Below, one piece after another: positions 1 through 10,109 of a DNA stretch of 64,000 nt. The notes below the pieces were generated by a model. It was not told the DNA's origin. It saw only the letters and a program-made list of their open reading frames with translations, and did not search any database. Position numbers and translations under genes: made by a program. How positions within the stretch are numbered: the first letter of the stretch is position 1; the number at the start of each line of letters is the position of its first letter. This DNA comes from a virus: the IMG/VR virus record IMGVR_UViG_3300027972_000007, positions 32,001-96,000 of that record, one strand, 5' to 3'.

Positions 1-683
1 TAAAACATATAAAAAATAGGGCATATAAAGAAAATGATGGAATTTTAATATATACTGATATTTATAAGAATTTAAAAGCAACCAGTATAAAATACGAATG
101 TGAAAAAGCTCAAGAAAAAACAGCAATATATGATCAAGAAAATTATACTAAATTTGATTTTGATAATATTGATGATGCAAAAACTATTTGGTATAACTAT
201 TATGACCATATCAATCTCAATGGTACAAAAAATAAAATAAATAATTATGGAATAAGATACAATTATTGGGATATAACTAATGGTAATATAGAAAAGAATA
301 TAAATAATAATGAGAGTATATTAGCACAGAGAACGTTTAAAGAAGATAATTATTTAGTTGATAGTACATATAATGGTATTGAAAATAATGTTCACAAGTT
401 TTATTCAAAAGCTATTTCACAGAATAAATTCTATATAGATAATTTCTTTTCGTATGTTATGACTCTTAATATTAATAGTTTGAGTAATGTAAAATTATTT
501 GATAAAATAAATCTGATTGTACCATCAATGCCAACGTATGGAAGTATTCATGCAGTTAATGATATAATGAGTGGAAAATATTTAACCGCAGGCATAATAT
601 ATGGAGCAGGAAAAAGTAAAGTTTTTAGAAAACAAATAGTTCTTTCAAGGGATGGAAATAATAATTCCAATTTTCAATTATGA
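1..683 (+). CDS. 5'-truncated baseplate hub-like protein (gp27-type position)
   Basis: Frame is open from base 3 to the TGA at 681-683, so the 459 ATG is internal; ATGA overlap with the gp5-like gene; C-terminal SGKYL...LSRDG resembles hub proteins. Confidence 0.55.
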   Translation, partial: KHIKNRAYKENDGILIYTDIYKNLKATSIKYECEKAQEKTAIYDQENYTKFDFDNIDDAKTIWYNYYDHINLNGTKNKINNYGIRYNYWDITNGNIEKNINNNESILAQRTFKEDNYLVDSTYNGIENNVHKFYSKAISQNKFYIDNFFSYVMTLNINSLSNVKLFDKINLIVPSMPTYGSIHAVNDIMSGKYLTAGIIYGAGKSKVFRKQIVLSRDGNNNSNFQL

Positions 684-1414
684 GCGAAAATATAAGGCAA
701 GAATATAATAAAGATTTAGTGAATATTTTGCAAACTTTTTTTGATCAAAAAGCAGACGAAGTTTATGGGAATTATTATGCCGGTATCGTGAAAAATAATA
801 ACGATCCCAAAAAGTTGGGACGTTGTCAAATTCGAGTTTATGGTATTTATGGCAAAGAAATTATAGATAATGATTTACCTTGGGCATTGCCTGATTTTAA
901 TTTTGTGGGTAGTTTGAAGGGTTCGTTTATAGTTCCACCAAATGAATGCATAGTAAATGTGCGTTTTGATCAAGGAGATGTATATAGGCCAATATATACC
1001 TCGAAAATTATCAAAAAAAATAGTTTACCTGACGATAAAAATACTGATTATCCGAATATGATGGTTTTTTTTCAAACAGATGAGGGCGATAAATTTATTC
1101 TCAATAGAAAAACAGGGCAAACTATTTATGAACAACGAGCAGGAATAAAAATTACAATGGAAAGTAATGGTAGTTTTAAATTAGAACATCAAACAGGCCC
1201 AATATTTGAAATTGATGTTTCAGGTAATGTAAAATTATTTTCAGGAGAAAAAAATCCATTATCAACAATAACAATAGAACCAGGAGCAGCGGGGCGGATT
1301 AATATTGGCAAAAATGCTATACGGCCTTGTCCTGACGCTTTAACTTGTTATATAACTGGTGCGCCATTAGCAACAAATACATTAATACCAGGAATGAAAA
1401 TAAACATACCGTAA
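680..1414 (+). CDS. Baseplate central spike, gp5/VgrG-like OB-fold protein without lysozyme
   Basis: YAGIVKNNNDPKKLGRCQIRVYG...LPWA...F..GD...P OB-fold motif, followed by beta-repeat segments. Confidence 0.85.
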   Translation: MSENIRQEYNKDLVNILQTFFDQKADEVYGNYYAGIVKNNNDPKKLGRCQIRVYGIYGKEIIDNDLPWALPDFNFVGSLKGSFIVPPNECIVNVRFDQGDVYRPIYTSKIIKKNSLPDDKNTDYPNMMVFFQTDEGDKFILNRKTGQTIYEQRAGIKITMESNGSFKLEHQTGPIFEIDVSGNVKLFSGEKNPLSTITIEPGAAGRINIGKNAIRPCPDALTCYITGAPLATNTLIPGMKINIP

Positions 1415-1423
1415 GAGAAAATT

Positions 1424-4400
1424 ATGCTAGATATAACTACAATAAAAAACGAAACTATAGGAATACTGCAAACTTCTGCTGGAGGTTTATTTGATTTTGA
1501 AAAAATGCCAGATCATATAAAATATGATCAAGAAGACGATGGCAGAGCAAAATTAAATAGTAATAATGAAATAATAATTTTAAAACAGTATGAAGAACCA
1601 GCATTAGAATTGATTTTATCGGCTATTGATAATGGAATTATTAATGCATTTAAAACGAGTGGAACATTAGACGATTTTTCTGATGTAGAATATAATAATT
1701 TAGCTAAAAATGATTTATTAATTTATGATGGAATTGATTGGATTAATACTTCAGTAAGTGGAATTAATTTATCTGGTAATAATGTATCAAGTCATAAAAT
1801 TCCTTTAAATTATGTACCTAAAAGTGATGGTATTGGTGGATGGGCAAAAACTAATATATATGAAGATGTAAATGGATTAATTAAAATAAAATATGGTACA
1901 AGTATTAATGAATTTTCTATTGATGGCACATTAGGCGGTAATAGCGATTTAGCTCTACCGACAGAAAAAGCAGTTAAAACGTATGTTGACAGTAATGCAC
2001 CACATAAATTATTATCTACTAGACATACAGATACAACAGTAGCAGATGTTAGCAGAGGTGATATAATTACGGGTCAAGGCGTATCAGCAACATGGACAAG
2101 ATATGCTATATCTGTTCCCGGTGCAAATTTAATGAATGTTTTTGGTGTTGTTAATGGGGATGTTGAACCAGGGTATAAAGCGATATTTGATAATACAAAT
2201 CCGACAACTATAGGTATAAGTGATTCTGCATCGGCAGGAACTGCTATTATTGCTGCTCACCGGGATCATCAACATGCTTCACCGGCAACGTGGCCAGCTA
2301 CAGCGCACGACCTTTTTTCGACTATTCATGGAGACACTACAGGCGCAGCGTCTCCTGTTGACGGTGATATTATTATAGGAAACGCAACGCCGAAATGGAG
2401 TAAACTGGCAAGGAGCATCCCAGGATATGCAAGCATAATTAATGTTCCTGGAATACTATATGGAGAGTTAAGGCCAAGTTATAAAACAATATTAGATTCG
2501 GTGACAATAGCAACTGACAGACACGAACCAACAGGGTTTACCGCTGCGGGAGTTGCAGCAACTACACTATCATTTGTTGACAATACTCGCATATTTACGA
2601 TTACAGGAAATCACGAAATTTATATACAAGGAATTAAGTCAACAAAATCTACTGCATCAATTACGTTGAGTGATGTCACGGGAACACATTGGATATACTA
2701 CAATTCAGCAGGAACATTATCAGAAACGACATCAGTTCCGGGTTTCGGTGATGGAAATGTATTTATTGCGACAGTATATTACAATACGACTCCGGGCTTT
2801 GATAAAGGACTTCTGGGTGGAGAACGACATGGTATTACAATGGATTGGAAAACCCATAATTTATTGCATAATACGGTGGGTGTGTTGTATGCTGTTGATA
2901 GTACAGGGGCGCTTACAGGAGCATTCACAAACACAACATTTTCAATTGGTGCTGGTGCAATTTACGATGAAGACAATAAGATTCTCATTACAGCACAAAC
3001 TACATGTGATGTGCTGTATAAAAATGGTGCGGCTGATTTTGAATGGGATTTAAACCAGACAGCATACTATAAACTAAATGCAGGTAATTTACGGTATAAT
3101 AATGGCAATGCTTTAGCAGATGTTGGTGCAAATCAGTACATGGCAATGTGGATTTTTGCAACAAATTCTATTGTAAAGCCAATAGTTGCACTGATGGGAC
3201 AACGTACTGATGTAAATATTGCCGATGCTCGCGCAAATAATAAGTACGAAAGTTTGGCATTGGGTAATTTACCATTTCAGGAGATGAAATTACTTTACAG
3301 AGTAATATTACGAAATGCAGCACCGAACTATTATATTGAAACACAGGATTTGCGTACAATAAGTAATTTACCTGCGGGAACATTTATTGCTACTGCTCAT
3401 GGTGCGTTATCAGGTCTTGAGTGGGGAGTATCCGGTCATAATAATATTGTTTTCAACGTGAATAATAATGCGAATGGGCGTGTAGGTGTCGGAGTAATTG
3501 ACCCCTTATATTTATTTCATTTACATGCGGCAGATGGTGTATCGGATAATACGTATGTGGCATATATATCCAATGATGAATCAACCGCAGATCGTAATAA
3601 TGGTTTGTGGATTAATGCGGGTAGTAGTGCAAGCGATTATAATATTCGATGTGCTGCAAAAGGAGGTGCTGCTCTTTGGAATGTAACGGGTGCAGGTGCG
3701 GTGACGTTTAATACTTACGGGCTTGGTATTATCCACAGTTCCGCAGCGGGATTACTGACATCCAGCGCAATAGTAGCGGCGGATTTAGGTTTACTCGGTA
3801 CGGCTGGAGTACATGCTAAATTTGGCGCTTTAGGAGTGGGACTGGTTGATAGCCTGTTAAGTGAAACTGCAAGTGATGTTGTTATTGGTAGTACAAAAAG
3901 ATTTGGTTTGGGCGCTGGAAAAGGCGGCATGACATTTACCGATGCAGCGACGGATACGATTACTTTTGATGATTGCAACGTCGGCATCGGGACGGTCGCG
4001 CCTACTGAAAAATTAGTAGTTGCTGGAAATGTTGTATTAGGATATGACACGGCAGGAACATATCTGGTTGGTAAAACGTTTGCAACACCAGCATCAGCAA
4101 GTAATGTTCCGTCTTCTATGTTATATGGTCTTTATAATGGTACTACAGTAACAACCTTTGCTGGAATGTCTGTGTCTTCCGTAAGAAATCCTGGCAATAC
4201 GGCAAATGATTATACTACTCAATTTTATTATCATCAGGGCGGCATTGCTGATGGGATAGCAATGACAATAGATAAGATTGGCTACATAGGAATCGGGGCG
4301 GTGACACCGTATACGAAATTTGAAGTTTTACACGCTGACGGTACCGTGGGAACAACACCACCGATTACATCGTCAATTAATCTTACCAATTTAACCCAAG

Positions 4401-5860
4401 TTGCTAATACGTGGTCTGCAATTCTTTTTCGTTCTTACGACGGTATGGGAAACGTGCCAGTTACGGCAGCTATAGGGGCCAAATATACAGCGAGGAATGT
4501 GGGGTCCGACACATCTTTAGCCACCAGTTTGTGCTTTTTGACAGGAGATAATTTAACATATCCGCTGGCTGAACGGATGCGAATTACAGATGTAGGCAAC
4601 GTCGGCATCGGGACGACACCTGCAACTGTCGATGGTGTTGTATCAAAATTAACTATTGCAGGTTCCACGAATTTGCTTACCATCACAGGCGCTGCAACTG
4701 CCGTAAAAGATTTAACATGGTTTGACAATACCAGTGGGGAGGCATGGATCTGGTCACATCGTTTACATTCGGCAGGTAATAATTTTGAGGCGTGGTATCA
4801 CAACGGAACAAACTGGAACGCCAGTCCAAATTTAGCTTTAACACCGACCGGCAACGTCGGCATCGGGACGACGGCACCGCTTGTGGACGTGGGAGGTTCT
4901 ACTGGTGATTTTGATTCAACGAGTCTCGGTTTACATATTAAAGCAACTTCTGGGTATAATGCCAGATTAATTCTTGAGGGCGGGTCTGCAATGAGTGACG
5001 GGCTTCGAAATTCAGCTAACAGTATTATTTTCTGTAATACTTCTATTGGTGGTGACAATGAAATGTTTATAATAGGTCAAGACAACGGTTATTCTGAAAC
5101 CGGCGATTTCTATATGCGACCAATTAATGCGGACGGAAGTATAAAAAGTTATAATTACTATATGTCAGCTACATCGGCAGTTTCTCGATATACAACAAAG
5201 ACAGTTGATGCCGTTGGATATTCATTGCAAATATACCATGACAGAAACGGTAATATTTTATCAAATGCAGACGTGATCGGTTGTATAGATTTTATTGGGT
5301 ATGTTGATGCAACACCAAGTCCGGTAATAGAAACAATAGGACGAATAGAATCGCGGTGGTATTCGCCCAATGGTGGTTCGGAATCAATGAGGTTTTTGAC
5401 CAATGGCACGCTGGCTATGTACATAGAAGATCATGGAGGCGGCGTGTATGTTACGAATGAATTGGTGACAGCGGCTCATTTAGTAGCCCCAACTATATAT
5501 GTAGATCACATATCAGAAAAAACAAATACTCACGGAATCGTGTTTGACCACAATTTGTCGAGTACCAATAAAAACATATCTGCCGGAAACGTTAATCTCG
5601 ACGACGATACTGCCACGAGTTTTACGCCTGGCAGATCGCATGGAATGCTTTGTATCCACTGCCAGACCTCTTGTACTAGTGCTATAATTGCATACGATGT
5701 AGATGGTTCAGTATCAATAGCAATTACAGCGCAAAGTGGTACGACGTTTGCAGTAACTACAGGCGCACTGTCTGGAACAACTGGAGGCGATGGAACTTTT
5801 AATGTAAGTGTACATACTGACGGAAAAATATATTTTGAAAATAGAACAGGTGGGACTTGA
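1424..5860 (+). CDS. Long tail fibre / receptor-binding protein
   Basis: 1478 aa, Gly/Thr/Ala-rich, repeated GNVGIGT and ERMRI motifs, EFSIDGTLGGNSDLALPTEKAVKTYVD fibre motif. Confidence 0.8.
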   Translation: MLDITTIKNETIGILQTSAGGLFDFEKMPDHIKYDQEDDGRAKLNSNNEIIILKQYEEPALELILSAIDNGIINAFKTSGTLDDFSDVEYNNLAKNDLLIYDGIDWINTSVSGINLSGNNVSSHKIPLNYVPKSDGIGGWAKTNIYEDVNGLIKIKYGTSINEFSIDGTLGGNSDLALPTEKAVKTYVDSNAPHKLLSTRHTDTTVADVSRGDIITGQGVSATWTRYAISVPGANLMNVFGVVNGDVEPGYKAIFDNTNPTTIGISDSASAGTAIIAAHRDHQHASPATWPATAHDLFSTIHGDTTGAASPVDGDIIIGNATPKWSKLARSIPGYASIINVPGILYGELRPSYKTILDSVTIATDRHEPTGFTAAGVAATTLSFVDNTRIFTITGNHEIYIQGIKSTKSTASITLSDVTGTHWIYYNSAGTLSETTSVPGFGDGNVFIATVYYNTTPGFDKGLLGGERHGITMDWKTHNLLHNTVGVLYAVDSTGALTGAFTNTTFSIGAGAIYDEDNKILITAQTTCDVLYKNGAADFEWDLNQTAYYKLNAGNLRYNNGNALADVGANQYMAMWIFATNSIVKPIVALMGQRTDVNIADARANNKYESLALGNLPFQEMKLLYRVILRNAAPNYYIETQDLRTISNLPAGTFIATAHGALSGLEWGVSGHNNIVFNVNNNANGRVGVGVIDPLYLFHLHAADGVSDNTYVAYISNDESTADRNNGLWINAGSSASDYNIRCAAKGGAALWNVTGAGAVTFNTYGLGIIHSSAAGLLTSSAIVAADLGLLGTAGVHAKFGALGVGLVDSLLSETASDVVIGSTKRFGLGAGKGGMTFTDAATDTITFDDCNVGIGTVAPTEKLVVAGNVVLGYDTAGTYLVGKTFATPASASNVPSSMLYGLYNGTTVTTFAGMSVSSVRNPGNTANDYTTQFYYHQGGIADGIAMTIDKIGYIGIGAVTPYTKFEVLHADGTVGTTPPITSSINLTNLTQVANTWSAILFRSYDGMGNVPVTAAIGAKYTARNVGSDTSLATSLCFLTGDNLTYPLAERMRITDVGNVGIGTTPATVDGVVSKLTIAGSTNLLTITGAATAVKDLTWFDNTSGEAWIWSHRLHSAGNNFEAWYHNGTNWNASPNLALTPTGNVGIGTTAPLVDVGGSTGDFDSTSLGLHIKATSGYNARLILEGGSAMSDGLRNSANSIIFCNTSIGGDNEMFIIGQDNGYSETGDFYMRPINADGSIKSYNYYMSATSAVSRYTTKTVDAVGYSLQIYHDRNGNILSNADVIGCIDFIGYVDATPSPVIETIGRIESRWYSPNGGSESMRFLTNGTLAMYIEDHGGGVYVTNELVTAAHLVAPTIYVDHISEKTNTHGIVFDHNLSSTNKNISAGNVNLDDDTATSFTPGRSHGMLCIHCQTSCTSAIIAYDVDGSVSIAITAQSGTTFAVTTGALSGTTGGDGTFNVSVHTDGKIYFENRTGGT

Positions 5861-5910
5861 CCGATGGGTTATACACTACTCGGTGAGTAGAAAACAAAAA
5901 GGAGAAAACA

Positions 5911-6162
5911 ATGGCAGATTTTGATTATGTAGAAATAGCCAAAAAGGAACACATGGTAGGAATTGATGAATCAATAACTCGTATTTATGAAGCAATAGAA
6001 AGATTACAAGTTAAATTAGATAAAGAATTAGTAGAAAAAGAAATGATTGAAAAAATAAAAAACGAAGATTATGAAGTGTTTTATAAAGATAAAATATTAA
6101 AGATTAAGGCAAGACTCGGTATAAAAACTATAGAAGAAAAACCAATAACTAAAGAAAAATAA
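5911..6162 (+). CDS. Hypothetical protein, possible fibre assembly factor
   Basis: Strong AAGGAG RBS; follows the fibre gene. Confidence 0.55.
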   Translation: MADFDYVEIAKKEHMVGIDESITRIYEAIERLQVKLDKELVEKEMIEKIKNEDYEVFYKDKILKIKARLGIKTIEEKPITKEK

Positions 6163-6225
6163 CAAATTCGGCGAAAATTAAGTTTTATAAATAATTAAAA
6201 TAATAATCATTTAAAAGGAGTTGTT

Positions 6226-6708
6226 ATGAAATTAGATGTTGAAGGGTTGTTAAATCTGCATAGTGCTGTTAATATGTGTGAAGAATTAAAAAAATTAAAG
6301 TCCGCAGGAACGTGGAAATTCGGTTTTTTATTAGTTGAAATTATGAAATTGATTAAAGGAAAATCGGCCGAATATAAAGAAAAAATCGATATAATGAATG
6401 AAGATATTACTAATTTAAGATTAAAATATTGCACAAAAGATTCAGAAAATAAACCTATAATTATTAAATCTATTGACCGAAATGGTAATCAAATAGAAAT
6501 GTATACAGGATTAGTAAGAGGTCAACAACCAGAATTTGATAAATTAACAGATGAAATAAAAAATAAATCAAAAGAATTATTGAAAGAAAAAGTTGAAATA
6601 GAATTAGAAAAAATACCTAAAATAAAAGAAGATGATATTCATCTTGAAATATCAGAGTATGCTTTTATACAATTAGGATTATATGATCTCATAGAAAGAA
6701 ATAAATAA
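6226..6708 (+). CDS. Hypothetical helical protein (fibre-associated)
   Basis: AAGGAG RBS; preceded by a TATAAATA late promoter at 6186. Confidence 0.6.
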   Translation: MKLDVEGLLNLHSAVNMCEELKKLKSAGTWKFGFLLVEIMKLIKGKSAEYKEKIDIMNEDITNLRLKYCTKDSENKPIIIKSIDRNGNQIEMYTGLVRGQQPEFDKLTDEIKNKSKELLKEKVEIELEKIPKIKEDDIHLEISEYAFIQLGLYDLIERNK

Positions 6709-6719
6709 AGAAGAATAAA

Positions 6720-7100
6720 ATGATTCTCTCAACTAGAGATAATTGGGCTTATGATATAGCTAAAAATATCAATACTAAAGGCGAAGTATGGGATGACGTT
6801 GCAATTAAGCAAAGTATTGAAACTATATTAACCACTTCTTATGGTGAAAGAGTATTTAATCCTTTTTTTGGTTCTCCTTTATATTCTTTTATTTCAGAAA
6901 CAATAAGTCAGCAAACAGCAGAAAGATTATTAGATTCTATTATTAAAGCTATAAAGAGATGGGAAGATAGAATTACTATATTAGAAAATAGTGTAAAAAT
7001 GATAATAAGTTATGATTCACATGCAATTACATTGAAAATACCATATATAATAAAAAAATTAAATATTGTGAGCTCATACGATAAGAAGATTATTTTTTAA
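6720..7100 (+). CDS. Baseplate wedge subunit gp25-like
   Basis: AIKQSIETILTTSYGERVFNPFFGS and WEDRI motifs. Confidence 0.9.
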   Translation: MILSTRDNWAYDIAKNINTKGEVWDDVAIKQSIETILTTSYGERVFNPFFGSPLYSFISETISQQTAERLLDSIIKAIKRWEDRITILENSVKMIISYDSHAITLKIPYIIKKLNIVSSYDKKIIF

Positions 7101-7111
7101 AAGGATAGAAA

Positions 7112-9658
7112 ATGGGAAATTTTTTAAAATACACGAATTTAACATACGAAGAAATATTAACCGGAATTAAGAATAAAATTGAGAATGATAGTAGATTTGA
7201 AAATTTTAAAGAATCTGCTATTGCTCAATTAACGTATGAAATATTTGCTGCTGTTGGCGATTTATGTAATTATAATTTAGAAAGAAGAGCTGAAGAAAAT
7301 TATTTTGATACTTGTAAATTAAGATCGTCTGCTATTTTATTAGCAAAACAATTAGGGTATGTAGTAACAAGACCAATACCTGCAGAAGCTAAAATAAAAA
7401 TGAAAATTACTGGCGATTTAACAAGTAAAAATATTAAAACTGGCGATATTTTACAAGTTCCAATTTATACAGATTTTACTTATGATTCTAATAATTATTT
7501 GTTAAAAAATACGATTAGTTATACATTTACATCTGCCGATGTTGCATCAATAAGTGCTACTGGCGAAGATTATGAAAAAGAAATTACTATAGGCGACGAC
7601 GATGAATATTTTTATGTTTTGCAAGGAGAAAGAAAACAAAAAATAATTGAAGGCGAAACGAATGATCAGGTAGGACAGAATTTCCAGATATATAAATTAG
7701 AAGATAGTGAATTTTCTAATAAATATGGCGATCAAGATTATGATATTAATATTACTACTGTTGAAGTTGGTCAAACATCGGCTGCTGCAGTAGATTATTC
7801 TATTGATAGAAGATCGTTAATTAATTTAGAATCAATAGAAAATTTTGTTCAGGGAGATGAAAAAAAGGTTTGTGTTGTTAGAACTGCTGTTGATGAAAAT
7901 GTAGAAATTTTATTTGGTGACGCTCAATATGCAGCAATAGGAGCTAATGTAAGTGCTAATGGCCCTATTACAAATTATGATAATATTTATATTACATATT
8001 TAGCAACGAAAGGCTCTAAAGCAAATAAAACCGGAATTATTGATGAAAGTTTAAATACTGATTCAACAGTATTAGCAGGTGGAGCTGATATAACAGGCAA
8101 TATAGAATTTTTATTTTATTCAAATCTTATTGGCGGTGCTGATATTGAAGATATTGATTCCATAAAATTAAATGCACCTTCAGTTTATTATTCTTTAGAT
8201 AGAGTAGTAACAAAAAGAGATTATATAGCATATTTAAAAAGTTTAACATCGCCAATTATAATTAAAAATGCAGTGGTATGGGGTGAACAGGACGAGATGG
8301 AAGATTCAACTAATGAGCCTATTAGAAAATTATTTAATGTGGTATTATTTTCTTGTTTGGGTTCGTTATATAATTTAACTGGTACTGCTTATTCAGTTAA
8401 AACTGAAGATAATAATTTAGAAACAGCAGTATTAGATTTAGATTGTCAAGAGGATGATTTGAAAAATGAAAATTATTTTAATATTTACGTGAAACAAAAT
8501 ATTGTTGATCAATTAGAAACATATAATACTTCAGGATCATATTATATACTTTATGGTAACGATAATTTAGGAATAGATTTAGACGATTTTAAAACTAAAT
8601 ATGATACACAAAAATTAAGTATTACATATACATCGGATTTATACTTATCTGGTTATTCAGTTATAAATCAACAAACAGATGAAATAAATATATCGGCTGT
8701 TAGTACATTATCGGAAATTGCTTCTGAAATACAAACTGAATTGAGATTAGTTACTGACCAAAGAGGGTCGTCAGCAATTAATGATAATTATGGTAATTAC
8801 GCTTTTTCAGCAATTTCTTGTAATTATGATTCAGTTAATGATAGATTTATTGTTTCGGGTAGTCCGTATGATTCTTGTTATATCGCTTCTCTTTCTCCAG
8901 AATTAACAGCATCCAATTATGCATTTACTAATGCATTAGGATTTTATGCCAAATCAAGCAATAAAGCAACATTAATAATAAACGATAATTCACTTATTAG
9001 TGATAAGATAACAAGCGTTATTGATAAATTAGATTTACGTTCACAGGTGACTGTTAAAAACGTATATATATCACCAATCATACAAAATTTTAATTTAAAT
9101 GGTACAATATATGTAAATCAATTAGCAGATAAAACAGATCTTTTAACGAGTATTAAAAATGATATTTATAAATGGTTAGATAAGAATGCTGATTTTGATA
9201 CTTCTATTTATTTATCTAATATTACTGATATTATAGAAGAATTTCCTAATGTGGTTTATTCTAATATAGAATTTTCCGCATCTACAGTTTCATATACTGC
9301 ATATGATTCGACGTCAAATACAATTTTAAATAAAACATTATACGCAGACGAAACCAATTTAAAAACTGAATTTGATAATTATTATAATATCTTAAATGTC
9401 GATTTGACATTGACAGAAAGAACATTTTTTAATTATACTAAAGATTTATATGATAGTTTAACGAGCAGTAATAATAATCATACACCATTTAGGGATACTG
9501 AAGATTTTATTACACTTGTTTCAGATATTCATAAAATATTTTTATCAAGAATAAAATCTAATATGATTGATAGTAATGGTAATATTGTTAATTATAGCAT
9601 GCCAAATGAGGTGGCTAAAATTAATATTGCTTTGGTAGCAACATACAAAACAGTATAG
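7112..9658 (+). CDS. Baseplate wedge subunit gp6-like
   Basis: LAKQLGY, ILFGD, GGADIEDIDSIKLNAP...RVVTKRDY motifs; follows gp25. Confidence 0.9.
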   Translation: MGNFLKYTNLTYEEILTGIKNKIENDSRFENFKESAIAQLTYEIFAAVGDLCNYNLERRAEENYFDTCKLRSSAILLAKQLGYVVTRPIPAEAKIKMKITGDLTSKNIKTGDILQVPIYTDFTYDSNNYLLKNTISYTFTSADVASISATGEDYEKEITIGDDDEYFYVLQGERKQKIIEGETNDQVGQNFQIYKLEDSEFSNKYGDQDYDINITTVEVGQTSAAAVDYSIDRRSLINLESIENFVQGDEKKVCVVRTAVDENVEILFGDAQYAAIGANVSANGPITNYDNIYITYLATKGSKANKTGIIDESLNTDSTVLAGGADITGNIEFLFYSNLIGGADIEDIDSIKLNAPSVYYSLDRVVTKRDYIAYLKSLTSPIIIKNAVVWGEQDEMEDSTNEPIRKLFNVVLFSCLGSLYNLTGTAYSVKTEDNNLETAVLDLDCQEDDLKNENYFNIYVKQNIVDQLETYNTSGSYYILYGNDNLGIDLDDFKTKYDTQKLSITYTSDLYLSGYSVINQQTDEINISAVSTLSEIASEIQTELRLVTDQRGSSAINDNYGNYAFSAISCNYDSVNDRFIVSGSPYDSCYIASLSPELTASNYAFTNALGFYAKSSNKATLIINDNSLISDKITSVIDKLDLRSQVTVKNVYISPIIQNFNLNGTIYVNQLADKTDLLTSIKNDIYKWLDKNADFDTSIYLSNITDIIEEFPNVVYSNIEFSASTVSYTAYDSTSNTILNKTLYADETNLKTEFDNYYNILNVDLTLTERTFFNYTKDLYDSLTSSNNNHTPFRDTEDFITLVSDIHKIFLSRIKSNMIDSNGNIVNYSMPNEVAKINIALVATYKTV

Positions 9659-9665
9659 GTAATTT

Positions 9666-10100
9666 ATGGCAGATTATAAATATGTCGATTTAAGCACAAG
9701 TGCATCAGGCTACGGTACAGTAGAATATCCGTATGGATATATCGATTGGTTTAATTATGTAAATAGTGGATCAAATGGTTTTGGAGTTGAAGTCGATACT
9801 GTATTTGTTTTGAGCGGCACCCGAACAACAACTGGAGCATTAGAAATAGATATTAATATGCGTTATGAAAATATGAGTATTAGCGCAGTGAATTGGCAAA
9901 CAACACCTTGGAAAATAACTACTGATAATTTGTTAAAAATAAAAACTGGAAGAAATGGATTTACTCCAAATTTATATTTCAGTGGAGGAATATTAGAAGA
10001 CGCGTACGGGTTTGAAATTGTAGCGTATGATAATCCTCAAAATAAAATATTAAATACTAATAATATGTGGATTAATGATAGAATACCTTCGCCGTCATAA
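9666..10100 (+). CDS. Virion structural protein (N-half of a beta-rich module)
   Basis: YVDL...GYGTVEYPY motif shared with downstream ORFs. Confidence 0.55.
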   Translation: MADYKYVDLSTSASGYGTVEYPYGYIDWFNYVNSGSNGFGVEVDTVFVLSGTRTTTGALEIDINMRYENMSISAVNWQTTPWKITTDNLLKIKTGRNGFTPNLYFSGGILEDAYGFEIVAYDNPQNKILNTNNMWINDRIPSPS

Positions 10101-10109
10101 AAGGAAATT

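Noticed and set aside
2670-5424. Overlapping and antisense ORFs within the fibre gene
   Set aside because: By-products of higher GC and codon bias; no RBS or motifs
5400-5890. Diversity-generating retroelement target at the fibre tip
   Set aside because: No reverse transcriptase or adenine-variant template repeat is visible in the window
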